Positions 39,099 through 51,539 of a stretch of 64,000 bases of DNA are shown here, piece by piece. Within the stretch, counting starts at the first letter, position 1, and the number at the start of each line of letters is the position of its first letter. Made by a program: the position numbers and the translations under genes. The notes below the pieces were generated by a model that was not told where the DNA came from, searched no databases, and saw nothing but the letters and a program-made list of their open reading frames with translations. The stretch lies in the NCBI GenBank assembly GCA_973895155.1, contig OZ316892.1:26931233-26995232 (forward strand). The letters run 5' to 3'. The stretch comes from Marsupella aquatica (lineage: Eukaryota > Plantae > Marchantiophyta).

Positions 39099-42000
39099 AT
39101 GGGTATTCCAGTGGCTGATTCCACTCTGAGGGAGCTAATCCCTCGGTCTAATTCAGGGAGGCTGGATGAGTCGGCTCCTCTTTCAGCCTCCGACGTGATC
39201 ACTGTCCTGGAAAATATTAGGGCTCGATCCGAAGGAATTAAGAAAAAGGTTCAGAGGACAGTGACCAGCTATCACGAAGATTTTCTACGTATAATCACAC
39301 AATCAGATCAGGTTATTTTGAATGTTGAGAATGTGGCTGAGCACCTGAAAAGTGTGTTAGAGCTTGTAGGTGAGAAAGAAGAAGTGGTTGTTCGTGAGGA
39401 CATTGTAAGGTTTTTACCTCATGACAAAAGCATTTCCAAGACAATTGCTGGTGACGACAAGCATTCTGAAGAAGGTGATAGCGGAGCTGGTGAAATGATT
39501 AGCAGAGCGCCGGTGGATGTGGAAATTTGCAATTTAGCGGCAGAAGTACAGGGACTAAGGAGCAAAGTGAAGGAAAATGAGAAAGCTTTGGTTGTAGTGG
39601 AGACAATCTCTTCGTTACATAGCCTTATTTTGGCCACGGAGAGGAAATTTTTGCCAGGTCAGCTGGTTGAAGCTGCCCAAGACATGGTAATTCTGCAGGA
39701 AAAATTAGGACTGAAGGATGGGCAACAAGAGGCTGGAAACCAGGATCAGGATGTCAAAGTCTTTGAATTGCTACGAGAGGAGTGGTCGATTCGCTACAAT
39801 ACGGTATGCGAGTACTGTCCTCCTGGTTTTCCTATGTAACAGATTGACTTACTTAGTTTTGAGTAGGCAAAGCAGTCAGCTGACCATCTTGACGAAGGTT
39901 TTCAGCAGGGAAACTCACCAGCTGAAGATGCATTACAGCTCCTTTCTTGTACTGCTTTGACTCTGTTTATACCAGTTGACAACGTTTATCTGATCTGCCG
40001 GTTAATATTGGATGCATGACAGCTTCTAGTTCTCTTGGACGACCTAGTTTCGAAAGCAATTGTCCTGGACGAAAGAAAATCAGAATTGACAGTGATTCGA
40101 CACGTTACAAGTGATATGGTGGTAAATGGTGTTGAGGCCGGGGCAGTCGATTTGTCGTCCATTCTGACGGCCATGGATGTGAGTGACAGTGGCGAGTTTT
40201 CTGTCATGAATCAAAATGTCAAATGCCTGGATGCAGTTGGAACTTCCCTTTCTTAATTATCATATCATGAATTGCATTGGAATGAACTATACGGATCGAC
40301 TGACTGGCGTTATCAATCTGTTAGGGGTAACGGATCAATGTATTTTAAAGATAATTTGGATGAATGCCCTGGAAGGATGACTAGAGTTTATAGCTGATCA
40401 ACACAGTGCTCGTCTCTACACTCTCTCAGGGAAAGGTTATCTTTCCTTTATTGTCTCATCTTTAAGTGTCAGCTTTATTAGGCTGCATTTTGATCGGCCA
40501 CTATCCGATTGTGCTTGGTAATTGATCTCTCTATTTGGAGTTCGTCATGTGTCACTCACAATTTGTCCTTTGGACAGGTTCTGGGAGTGCTGGATGTCAG
40601 GCTTGCAAAGTTTGGAGATGCGATTGTCAAACATATTTTAAGTCCGCTCCTGAAGAATTCTCAGGGTGTAGTATCTACATTGTTGCTTGGATCTGGTGTT
40701 GGCTCCACACCAAGAAGTGTTTTGAAATGGAGCTTTGGGACTCAGGTATTTATCTGAAAGAATTACAGTCGTGATTTTTGTCCTTCGGTTGCAGCAGGGT
40801 AGCAAATGGTATGTGGTCACCAGGCGTTTGATTGGTAGCAAGAGTTTGAATTGCCGTTCTTTCATTAACCTAATCAATCTTCACACCCGTGTGGTTAAAT
40901 GTTTTGTGGTTTTCGTAACGTCCTATTCATGATGATCTGGGTTTTGGCATCCCAGAGTGCAGAAACTCTGCTGGAAAGCTTGTATCCAAAGATTGTTCAA
41001 GTCATCAAGTTTCTTAACGAGCACATCTTGGGCAATCATGATGGGCGAATGACAAGATTTGGGCGTACACTCTGGCCAAGACTTGCTGATGCCATTATTG
41101 CTGGCAGCCTTAGCAAGGTCCAGACTCGTTCATCTGAAATGCATTTTGTCCCGTTAGTTCAATAGCAATGCATCCGAATAATTTTATTGTCGGACTGAAT
41201 GATGCTTGATTTTAAATTCCTTACACAAATTATTCACGAACCTCTGACCTGTGTGTAAAGCCAATGATGTTTGAGTCGAAGGTTCTGATACTTCTGTAAG
41301 GGGTGCAGGCGGTTCCAAATGAAACTTCGCAACTGAAAGACTTCGAGCACATTGCTGAAGTAACGACGAATTTTGAGAAAGAATTAGCAAATGAAGGCCT
41401 TATTGCCAACTTTGATTCTGCTAAAGGTGACAAATTGAGTATTTTCGCGTCAGAAGTGGAAGTTCACTTTGCTGAAAAAAGGAAGAAACTGATGTTAGCT
41501 AAAGTGAGAAGCTTACTCATGCAATCTGACTACAGTTTAGCAGTAAGTCCAAAAACCATCTAACACCTTCTGTCGCTAGTCTGCCATCGCTTTTTAGGAT
41601 AGTTGCAGTGTCAACTTGAAACTCCATCCGCATGGAAGGAGGCCTTTCTGATGGTTAACTCTCTCGCGTACTTTTAGGTTGTTGTTTTGGTTGTGAAGTC
41701 CACTAAATACTAAAGTGCACTTTGATAAGCAACTTCAAAATGGTGATTGTTGTTTTTCCGTCATTTTATAGAAAAGCAAATGGACGAACTTCAGTGAGGA
41801 GGAGTCCAACGCCGGTCCAGATCGTTCAATCTATCTCTTCCCAAACCCATGTGCTATCAGTCTCCTGGCCAGATCGCTGTTGGAAACGGTCCATGATATG
41901 CTCGAGGTAGGGAAATTTGTGATTGCACACATTCTTTTTTTCCTTTTCTGTTTTGTTTTGAGTGGTCTGCTGCTTGGTATTGACCAGCTTATACGAATAC

Positions 42001-45000
42001 GGATTATATGTGTTTAGTAGTCAAATTTTCATCGAATTGCTACTCAGTTTTTATTCAGCCAGGTTTGTTTCACCTGAGACTCTGCTCAGTGACCAATTGG
42101 CAACGATGTCTTGCTCTTGCCATAGACAGGACTTTGCTCACTAATGGACATTTTTTGATGTGCACTCTTTCGGAAGGACTGTATATAGAGTTGATTTACA
42201 GACGTTTCTCTTGTGCAGGATGTCTGTCTCTCAACCCCCAGGACAGCCTTGGAGCTCTATCATGCGTCCCGAGATGCCATTTTTATGTATCGAGCAATCA
42301 TCCCTCTCAAGGTTCATACAAACTAGTCCGTTTTTATGTTGTGAGCGTCACTGTGCTGCAGATGAAGCAGTTTGCGGGCATTGATTGTCATGCACAGGAA
42401 ACAACATGGACTGCTTTGTCGGATCGTATATGATTACCGAGGAAAGCCCGTATTTTGTTGTTGCTTCCTGCAAGCCAGCACTCTATATCGTTCTGCTTAT
42501 CAAGCTTTGGATTGCGCGGGTCTCTTGGAATGTGCAGCTTGGGGCGAGGTCAGACAGGTTGCAGGTTTCTGCCTTGTGTTACAATGACTCCCTCTATATT
42601 GCCCATGAAGTGCTTACTTTCAAGTATCAGGTCCGTTCTTAGAGAGGCTTACTGTCCCTTGTTGCAAGGGACCATGGACTGGGAGATCATTTATTTTGTT
42701 TTCTATTATTGTATGGGTAGGTTTTAAGGGCATAGTGGTTTTTCATGTGGTTCACAAATTTAGTTGATCAACCTAACTGGTTATGTCATGATAGCCTTGT
42801 CGTTCCGTGCCCATCTAATTTCTTCTTACAAAATCATTCGGTGACTATGTAATGCAGTACCATGAAGAGTTGCCATCATCATTGCAGCCCGTGTTTACGT
42901 TTGTAGACCTGGTACCACTGTTTCGAAAGATGGCAGTGGAAGTTCTGGACAAACAAATCAAGGTTGTAGAGTCTGAAGTCATGAAGGTAATTAAGCAAGT
43001 CCAAAAAGGATTATTGAGCATTTGGGTTGCATTTGTCCTGAGATTCATTGCATAAAGTCCGTTTCATGGACTAAAGCATCAGCTGTACATGCCTCAGCTG
43101 TACAGAGCCTGGGTTTTCTAGTCCAAGCAAACAGGGCCGAACCACGTTTTAACTTTGAAATGCTCTTTTGATGCAAGTCATAGGTCTTTGGCTGCATGGC
43201 AATGGCAGAAATTTACCATGTAATTCATTATGATACTAATCACTGTGTCTTGTGAAAACTGAAGTGAAGTAGGTGCCTGTCAATGGACCACAAGATCCCT
43301 TTGTTTATCATGAGTGCGATGTTTATCATTGTTGCTGCAGATTCTTGATCAAGCCAACGGATTTGAATACACTCACGACGATAAGATGTTTCAACTTGCT
43401 CAACAAACTCTTGAAGAGGTGCATTATCAATCTAAGGGAAATTGAAGCCCTCAAGATGAGAAGTTGTGACCTTTTCGGCTTAGCGAGGGTATTGGCTAGA
43501 TTAGAAAGTTATTTCGCACAGGATCCTCACAATAGAAGCTTTGATGCTCATGGATCTTGGACTTTGCTGACGGTGTTACTTTGCCACATTGCAATGCCAT
43601 GCAGGTGTTTGATACATTTGCAAACGTGGAGAAACAGTTATGGCCAGTTCTTGCTCATAACATATACTTGAAGGTGGTGGGGCGTTTGATAAACCTGGCA
43701 GCTGAGCGAATTATATCTGAAGTCGTTGCTATGAATGACATAAGTGTCCAAGAGACTGTTCAGGTCTGTATCTTTGATATTCTTGTCAGATCAAATCAAA
43801 GCTCACAATTTAAAGCTTGAATGAGTAGCGCGTGGTATTCTTCAGATAAGCATTACTAACGAGTCCGTTTCGAAAGAAACGAGTAGATGGCCAGGAATTG
43901 AGGTTGAAAGTATGTTATATCGACATCGTTGACAATATCAGAAATGGTTGTCCAAAGTCCCCGTATCCAAGCTTTTAATAGTAACATTCAAGCACAGGCA
44001 GTTTTAAATAAAATTAGCATGTGAAATCTTGGATAGGTCTCCAACCACAATCTGGAGGCTAAGCAGAAGAGGTATTCAATTTCAATGTAAGCGCTCATTG
44101 AAACAAAGAGGTGCTGGCTTGCATCTGCTGATCGGGCCTTGCGTGGAGATGGTAGATGAGGCCAAAATCTGTTGTATTTGTTTCATGGCTAGGAAACTTT
44201 CTCACTGTAGTCGTTTCTCTCCTTTGAGTGCTGACTGTACATACTTTTTGACTTGGCAGCTTCAGAAGCTTTTGCGCATGGTTCAAGATAAATGTCCAGT
44301 CTTCCTGTCCCCAGCAGCTGTTGGTGTTTCTGCAATAGAGCAAATTGAAGAAGAGGCACTGGAGAATTCGGTTACTGCGTGGCGGAAGCTAAAGATTCTT
44401 ACTAGTAGGGGACCTTGATCCTGGACGCCATACCTTGTCAAACTGTTACATTTGCTCACGTTAATCAAAGCTCACATTGAGTAGTTGCTGAGCTCTCCTT
44501 TGAAAGCACCCTTTTCCCTTACAATCCTTGCTGAGAATACATTTCAATCCGACAAAGTGCATGGACTGCATGCCTCTTTTCAGATTTCTGTAGTTAGAGG
44601 CTCTCTTAGTATGGTCAATATTTCAAGGTTGACAAGCATGGTTGTTGTGCATCTGCAGAGTTACTGGAGATGTCTTTAGTATCCATTAACCAGGCATGGG
44701 AGAATGGAGAGTTATCTTCTGCTGGATTTGCTCCGTTTGAGGTACGCGCCTACACCATCGTATCTCCTTTCCTTCTGGTAAAGGTTATCCAAGGTGGAGT
44801 TGCACTGCTGTTTGACATCTAGCTGTGGTAAGCTAACATGAGGCACATTTCCGTCAAGAATGGTTTGTATGGATCTACTGTACCTTCCGGGTCGCGGCTA
44901 TCTATGCTGTGCTGGTAATTGGGAATGTATTTCTGTTGATGGGAATAATTCGATGATCATAAGTGCTGAGCTGGGACTACCCCACAAGCTAGCAGAACAG

Positions 45001-45245
45001 ATTACAGTCACGCAAGACAATTGAATGTTTGACAGTGAAATTATAAGACAAGCTGGATTTTCTTATGTCAGTATGTTATCTAATAAGCCACGCTAGGTCT
45101 CCAACGTCTGACTTATCATGGATCGGTCTCCTCACACTTCCGCATGGATGGTCTCTGACAGGTACAAAGACTGGTGAGGGCAATATTTTCTGCGACACCC
45201 TTGAGGGAGGAATGCCTGCAAAGGATAGGATCGTCATCTAGATAG
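39099..45245 (+). CDS. ZW10: Centromere/kinetochore protein ZW10 homologue (RZZ and Dsl1/NRZ tethering complexes), 14 exons, 807 aa
   Basis: All-GT-AG in-frame exon chain: 39099-39803, 40023-40178, 40578-40745, 40956-41117, 41309-41542, 41772-41906, 42219-42311, 42538-42630, 42858-42986, 43341-43418, 43605-43763, 44260-44404, 44659-44741, 45162-45245. Plant ZW10-like motifs: PLSASD...IKKKVQ...H.DF, FGRTLWPRL, VEVHFAEKRK, ELYHASRDAI, LLEMSLVSINQAWENGEL, VRAIFSATPLREECL. Confidence 0.93.
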
Positions 45246-45761
45246 AAGATAGCTGTACAGTAGCCATCGGGACCCCAATTCTTGTTTTGGTTCAGTATCG
45301 CTCAAGGTTTTAGGGTCGCCCTTACGGACCCGAGCTACCGGCAGGCTACACAGTAAGTATTGCATCCAACGTGGACGTAAACATTGCGGGTGAGTCACCA
45401 ATAGTCATGTTCGCAGGTCAGCCGGTCGAGTCAATATATTCTGTAACACATACTATGCTATCTAATGTAGAAAACAGTCCATTATCAGTTTCTTAGTGGA
45501 CAAGGGGGAGTCAAAGACCTTGCACTTTACTCTCCTGACGAAACTTTCAGCTTCCAATTTCTTCTCTAACGAATGATCGATCAAATTTCACCGTTCAAAT
45601 GAGTACATAGAATTGAAGGAATCAAGGAGACTATTTTGGTAGACCGGGTTTTTCTAGTGACATGTCATGACAATATCAAATCGTTCGGAAACCTAGGCGA
45701 AGGAGAGAAGCATATGTCAATTCCTCTGCAGGAAAACATTCCAACGTGAAAGAAGTCATCA

Positions 45762-47050
45762 TATAGCATGCTCATCCTGGAACATGCTTTATTTTTTGTC
45801 TTGTAGTGATATTAAGTGAACAAAATTAAAGAGTAAGACTAGAATACATATTAAATATGAATGAAACTAAATAATATAAATAAAATACATATAATAAAAG
45901 CACATAGTGACCAATAGAAAGTATAATTTTATTACATAAAATTGTTATGAGTTGCACAATGAAATCGAATAATATAAATAAAGCACATATAATAAAAGCA
46001 CATAGTGACCAATGGAAAGTACAATTTTATTACACAAAGATATTACGAATTGTGCACGTATTTCAGTGTGTTTTATTAATGACTCTTATTCAATAAAAAC
46101 TATAAACTTAGAAAAGAAAGTCACAAGGAGAGCACACCTATTTCAGTGTGTTTTATTAATGATTCTTATTCAATAAAAACCATAAACTTAGGAAAGAAAG
46201 TCACAAGGGGAACTTATAGCATGCTCATCTTAGAATATGCTTTATTTTTTGTCTTGTAGTGATATTAAGTGGACAAAATTAAAGAGTAAGACTAAAATAC
46301 ATATTAAATGTGAATGAAATTAAATAATATAAATAAAGTACATGCAATAAAAGCACATAGTGACCAATGGAAAGTATAATTTTATTACATAAAATTGTTA
46401 CAAGTTGTACAATGAAATCGAATAATATAAATAAAGCACATGTAATAACCAATGGAAAGTATAATTTTATTACATAAAATTGTTACGAGTTGTACAATGA
46501 AATCGAATAATATAAATAAAGCACATGTAATAAAAGCACATAGTGACCAATGGAAAATATAATTTTATTATACAAAGATCCTATGAGTTGTGCACTTATT
46601 TCAGTGTGTTTTATTAATGACTCTTATTCAATAAAAATCATAAACTTAAGAAAGAAAGCCACAAGGGGAGTACACGTATTTCAGTGTGTTTTATTAATGA
46701 CTCTTATTCAATAAAAACCATAAACTTAGGAAAGAAAGCCACAAGGGGAGCTTAAGACAGGATGTGCTGACATTTCTTAGAATCATTCCTCTCACTCATG
46801 AGTATACTTAAAAGCTGTAGAAAATGAAGCCCTTAGTTTCTCTCTAGGACTTAACAAATTATAGAAATTAAGGGGTTGCCAAAATAAATTCAAAACACTA
46901 TAGAATACCAAAAATTTAAAGGGTTCCAAAAATGAATTAAAATTCTATGTGATACAAAGGATGCCCCATGTTAAGGTACATTCAAATAAAAATTCATGAT
47001 ACACAAATATGAATAAGACAAAACATGAGAGTTGGATTCACAGCAGCTTC
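45762..47050. mobile_element. AT-rich non-autonomous repeat, copy 2, internally expanded by tandem duplications
   Basis: Same family as 13906-14495. The start is repeated at 45762 and about 46215. Sub-blocks AAAGCACATAGTGACCAATGGAAAG and TATTTCAGTGTGTTTTATTAATGA(C/T)TCTTATTCAATAAAAA recur about four times each. Confidence 0.75.
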
Positions 47051-47340
47051 AAAAATTAATCGCAATAGACTTCATATCGGGGTGGGGAAAATGAGAAGAC
47101 CTGAAGTTCAGAATATCATCGCAATGTACCATAATTGGTGAGAAAATGAAACGTCATTGCATTCCTTAGATAACAGCATTACCCGTAAAAAGTAAAGAGA
47201 GCATCCAGACGTCTACATGCCCCCCACTCTGTACATTAACCCGTTCGGAGGAATACAGAGAAAAACGACGCCCAAAGTAGCGCAAATTTGGATGAGGCAT
47301 CCCTCTGAAGCGCTATCTACTCTGCCCATTCACCGCGCGG

Positions 47341-48515
47341 CTAAAAATTGATCCCGGTCTACTCCCCACGCCGATATGACCATCAGTACACCCACTGTTA
47401 AGGGTGTTACCATCAGCACTCCAGTTTAAACTGATGCACTAGGGGACCTGCGCACAAAAAGAGCGGACGGAAAATCAGGAATGGGGGTTTGAGCGCTGAT
47501 ATGAACCTCAAAACCAATCCACCGGGATAAGAACAGGAAGATATTTCAACCCCAAAACCGTAAAGTAGGCTTACCTGAGCCTTCTTACTGACTAACTGGG
47601 TCGTCGACAGTGCTCTTGCTCTCCAAATCGCAGGTCTTGATGCACTGCTGGGTAGCAGCACAAAGCCGACACCTGAAATTCCATAGGTTTTCTTCAGTGC
47701 ATTGAAACAACATCCGATATTCGTAAATGCGGTGCAAAACTGACATCAAGATAACAAACGAAGGGAAACGAGACAATACCTGTTCGGACTGAAGCACAAG
47801 GCGTGAAGAATGTCACCGGCATCCAAGGAATAGAGCCTCTTTCCCTCAGCAAGATCCCAGAGCATGGTGACTCAGTCCTTGCCACCGCTGGCGCACAGCA
47901 AACCATCGGGACTAGCAGCCCAAGGTGTTGACGTAGCCAGGATGTCCCGAGAGACTGGCGCGGATCTTGCAGTTGGTCAATTTCCATACCTTCCCTATCT
48001 TATCCCATCATCCAGAAACAATCAAGGGGTTGTTCGTCACAGGCAAGAAACACACGCAACTCACCATCCGTTGTGGGCATCCAAATCCTGAATGGCGTAC
48101 TTGCACTCCCCGAGAGTGTTCCACAACTTGATGGTCTTGTCCTGAGACCCGGATTCAATCTGCCTATTATCCACAGAGAAAGTCACGGACAACACATCCT
48201 TGGTGTGGCCGATAACCTACTGGTCGTCGTTCCGGTGTTCAGATCCCACAACCTGAGAGTCCCGTCACACGACCCGGACAGAGCGAACTGCCCATTGGAC
48301 GAGATTACCACATCCTCCATAGAGTATGCGTGGCCCGTCAATCGTCTCCTGGCGTAGCCGTAGCTCCCCTCCTGGGAGTCAGCCTTCCAGACGATGATGC
48401 TTTTGTCTCTCGACAAGGAGAGATTCAAGTCCGGATTGTCGAGCGGGCAGGCGATGGCCGTCACCCATCCTGCGTGCCTCTTCAACACTCCGCGAAGAAC
48501 GAGAGTCTCCGCTAT
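47341..48515 (-). pseudogene. RACK1: RACK1 (G-beta-like WD40 ribosomal scaffold) pseudogene, intron-retaining
   Basis: [23 protein letters not shown]...[11 protein letters not shown]...[17 protein letters not shown], then after frameshifts [74 protein letters not shown]. The start codon is ATA (48515-48513). There are 1-nt deletions near 48215 and 48064, in-frame stops, and two GT-AG introns (about 47779-47673 and 47574-47448). Confidence 0.93.
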
Positions 48516-48715
48516 AGCAACGATCACAAAGAAAACCTTCGACCAAAACCCTGGAGTTGGGAACGAAGTAGGAAGGGAGGGCCGGCTTACATTCGGTGTA
48601 CAGTGCTCGCGTACAGGGTACTGTAATTTGTAACAAAGGCACATTATTAGTGACGTGTTTCTCGCGACAGAAGTCAATAAAGGCCTCCAATAGAATAGTG
48701 ACGTGTTGCTCATGG

Positions 48716-48912
48716 CAGTCTTTATTAGGGGCGAAACATTAATGAGCCTACATCTTTATTAGGGGCAAAACATTAATGAGCCTAGAGAGTACTCCAATTC
48801 TCGCGACAGTCTTTATTAGGGGCGAAACATTAATGAGCCTAGAGAGAACTCCAATTATCGCGGCAGTCTTTATTAGGGGTGAAACATTAATGAGCCTACA
48901 GAGTACTCCAAT
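48716..48912. repeat. Tandem repeat, 4 copies of a 35-bp core (57-bp full unit)
   Basis: CAGTCTTTATTAGGGGCGAAACATTAATGAGCCTA-like cores at 48716, 48751, 48807 and 48864, with near-identical GAGAG(T/A)ACTCCAATT linkers. Confidence 0.9.
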
Positions 48913-51539
48913 AGGCGAAGGACGTGTTTGCTATAGGTGATTGGGGCAAACATTCACACTTACAATATTATTCTGGTTAAGGGTGATCTTAGGAGTACTT
49001 TACAAGATATTAGTGCCACTTGGGAGTTTTTTTCACCTAAGCAAACTGGAGGGCTATTGCACACATCAAATATAGTGTCCCCGGGCTAAAAGCATTTTTT
49101 GAATCCTTTTATTGTCCCCAAGATCTTGGAAAGCCAAGTGCAGCCAATGGTGCCAGATTAATTGACTAAACGACAGATTGAGGACCCACTCCACTTAAAT
49201 GGCACGTAATCTTTGGCTAAAGTCTTTGTAATTGTGAGAAGAGAATATCTTATGAAGGACTTGTGGGCCCCTTTTTAATGCAAATGAATTAAAATAGAAA
49301 TGGACCAAGAGGCCAGAAGAAGAGACCACCAAGAGAGGTGGTCTAAAATCTAGGACAAAAGAGTGCTCCACATAAGCAAAAATGGGGCCCCACTGCATTC
49401 CATGTAGGATTGGTGATAGGTTTGGTTGAAAGTGCCCCCAACCTTTTGTAAAGCAAACAACAACAGTTTCTCTCAAATTGGTTTCGCAATATTATGTGTG
49501 TGAAGTGGGAGGGTTGGTCGGGCAAGATCATCTGCATAGTCACGCTTCCTAGAGACTCAACTCTCGTAGATGTGCGTAGAGAAATCAGGCCTTGCCTGCC
49601 TATGGGGAAGGAGTGTTTCGCCTTTTTGATGCCCGGCAAACCAGAGGATATCGAAGAGGTAAGACCATTGCCACGGTTGCTGGAGTCGAGAAAATGCCTA
49701 GAGTTGCTGCCATTTCAACAATATAGTGAGAATCACAAATTGGTTGCTCTACGACATTTCGAGGTAAGTTCAGGATGTTGGGTTTATCAGCTTTATCCTT
49801 TTGTATGTTGGGTTGATCAACTTTACCCTTTTGTATGCTCAAGGCAAAGAACGGAACTCAATTCTCATCTCGGTTTTTTATCTGTAGGAGACGGACAGAG
49901 AAGCGATTGGTTTGGGATTACTGATAGAGGAAGACAAACTGATAGAGGAAGACAAATCGGATCATTTTGAATTCGATAGATTTGACTTATTTCTCGTAGG
50001 TTGTCCTCGTCGCCAATCCGACAAGTGGTACAACTCAGACTGAAAAATTATTAGAAGCTATGGCTCGTGGGGCTGGAGTCAATGAAAGCCAATTGCGAGA
50101 GGAAGGTGGTGCAGTTGTCGAAGGAGTGAATTTGCCGGAGGATGTGGTTGAAAATATTATTTCGAGGATAACTTTTCCATCTATTTTTATAGCTCCTCGC
50201 CTATCCAAATCCTGGAACACAAAGTTCTCATGTTCAACGTCATTTCAGCAACTGTTGGCCGAGAGATCCAAACTTTGGGAGATTTCATTCTGCCCGGTCT
50301 TTCCAACGATGACAGATCATGATTTTGCTTGGAATAACATTGAATGTTGTAGTTTGCTATGAAGAACCAAAAACACACTTAAAGGTCTCCAAACTCAGTA
50401 TTCATTCCCGTAAAGAACAAGATGGGGTTGGTTTGATAGATTTAAACAATAATAAAGAACTAAAAATGTTTTTCACACATAGTAATCAAGTTTGATTACT
50501 TTAATAAGGTATTTTGAAGATCGCTCCACAGCGGTGAGTAGTTTTCAATGATAACTCAGCATCATGTAAACATAAATTAATGAAAAGGGAATGATTAACA
50601 AAATACAAGAAAAAATATCTTAAAGTATGCTAAGGAAGTCTGGAATAGACCAAGGTTGCTCCTTAGACATAAGTCAAAATGAAAAGACTTAAGGATTCAA
50701 ATCCATATTGCTTTTCAGATCTAAACTGCTTACTAGAGTACCTTTTAAAATGCCTTCAACATGTCTTATCTTTTCTTTCTAAATGGTACTCAGATAAGAT
50801 CTAAAAGGTAGCTACTTCAACATTTAGATGGTACTAAACAACATGAAAGAAAATCCATCAATTTCAAATAAGACTTAAACTCAGTGAGTTAACTTCAAGA
50901 ACTCAAGAGATTGTAATGAGTCACCAATAAGGAATCTATCATTACAACTCGAAAGATTTGCACAAAAGGAATTTTACTTCCTGTGTTTATAATCATAGGT
51001 AAAAACACAAGAAGGAGGTAAGTCTCTCCAAATGTTAAACCTGATCTCAAACTCATAGATTCATGATCAACTAGTTTAACACAAGGAAAAGGCAAAAATA
51101 CATAACTTAACCATAAACTACAGTAGTGGTGGAGGGGTCTATAGTAAAAACCTACAGGGTAAGAGATCATAGGGTCGAAGAGACATGTCTCTTCATACTC
51201 CTCAAAAAGTCAAAATAGCAATTCAGTAAGTGAAAAGCCGGGAAATGGCTAAGTAAGAACCCGTAAACCCTTAAAAGCGTAAAACCGTAAACTCATAAAA
51301 GCGTAAGAGCGTAAAGGCGTAATCCGGTAAATGCGATAGACTTAAAGACTTAGCAAATTCAACTATTTTTAACTTTCTACTCCTGGCTCATAAAATTCTG
51401 AAATTTTGCCAGCAGGTTTTCCTAGGTATAGACTATATACTAAAGAAGTCTTATAGCGTTTAAAACTCTATAACACATTTTGAAAAATAGGGAAAGATGC
51501 ACTATTCTTAAAACTAACTAAAAACACTTAGATTCTGCC

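Noticed and set aside
48183-48713. 176-aa ORF as an N-terminally extended functional WD40 protein
   Set aside because: The extension is upstream non-coding sequence opened by loss of the real ATG, and the frame shifts after about two WD repeats.
48716-48912. CRISPR-like array (35-bp repeat with ~22-bp gaps)
   Set aside because: The gaps are near-identical to each other and one is missing; there are no cas genes and the context is eukaryotic. It is a tandem repeat.
49888-49909. Micro-exon between the kinesin-tail-like exon and the F-box exon
   Set aside because: Its 22-nt length would break the frame; direct 49763-to-50000 splicing keeps it.
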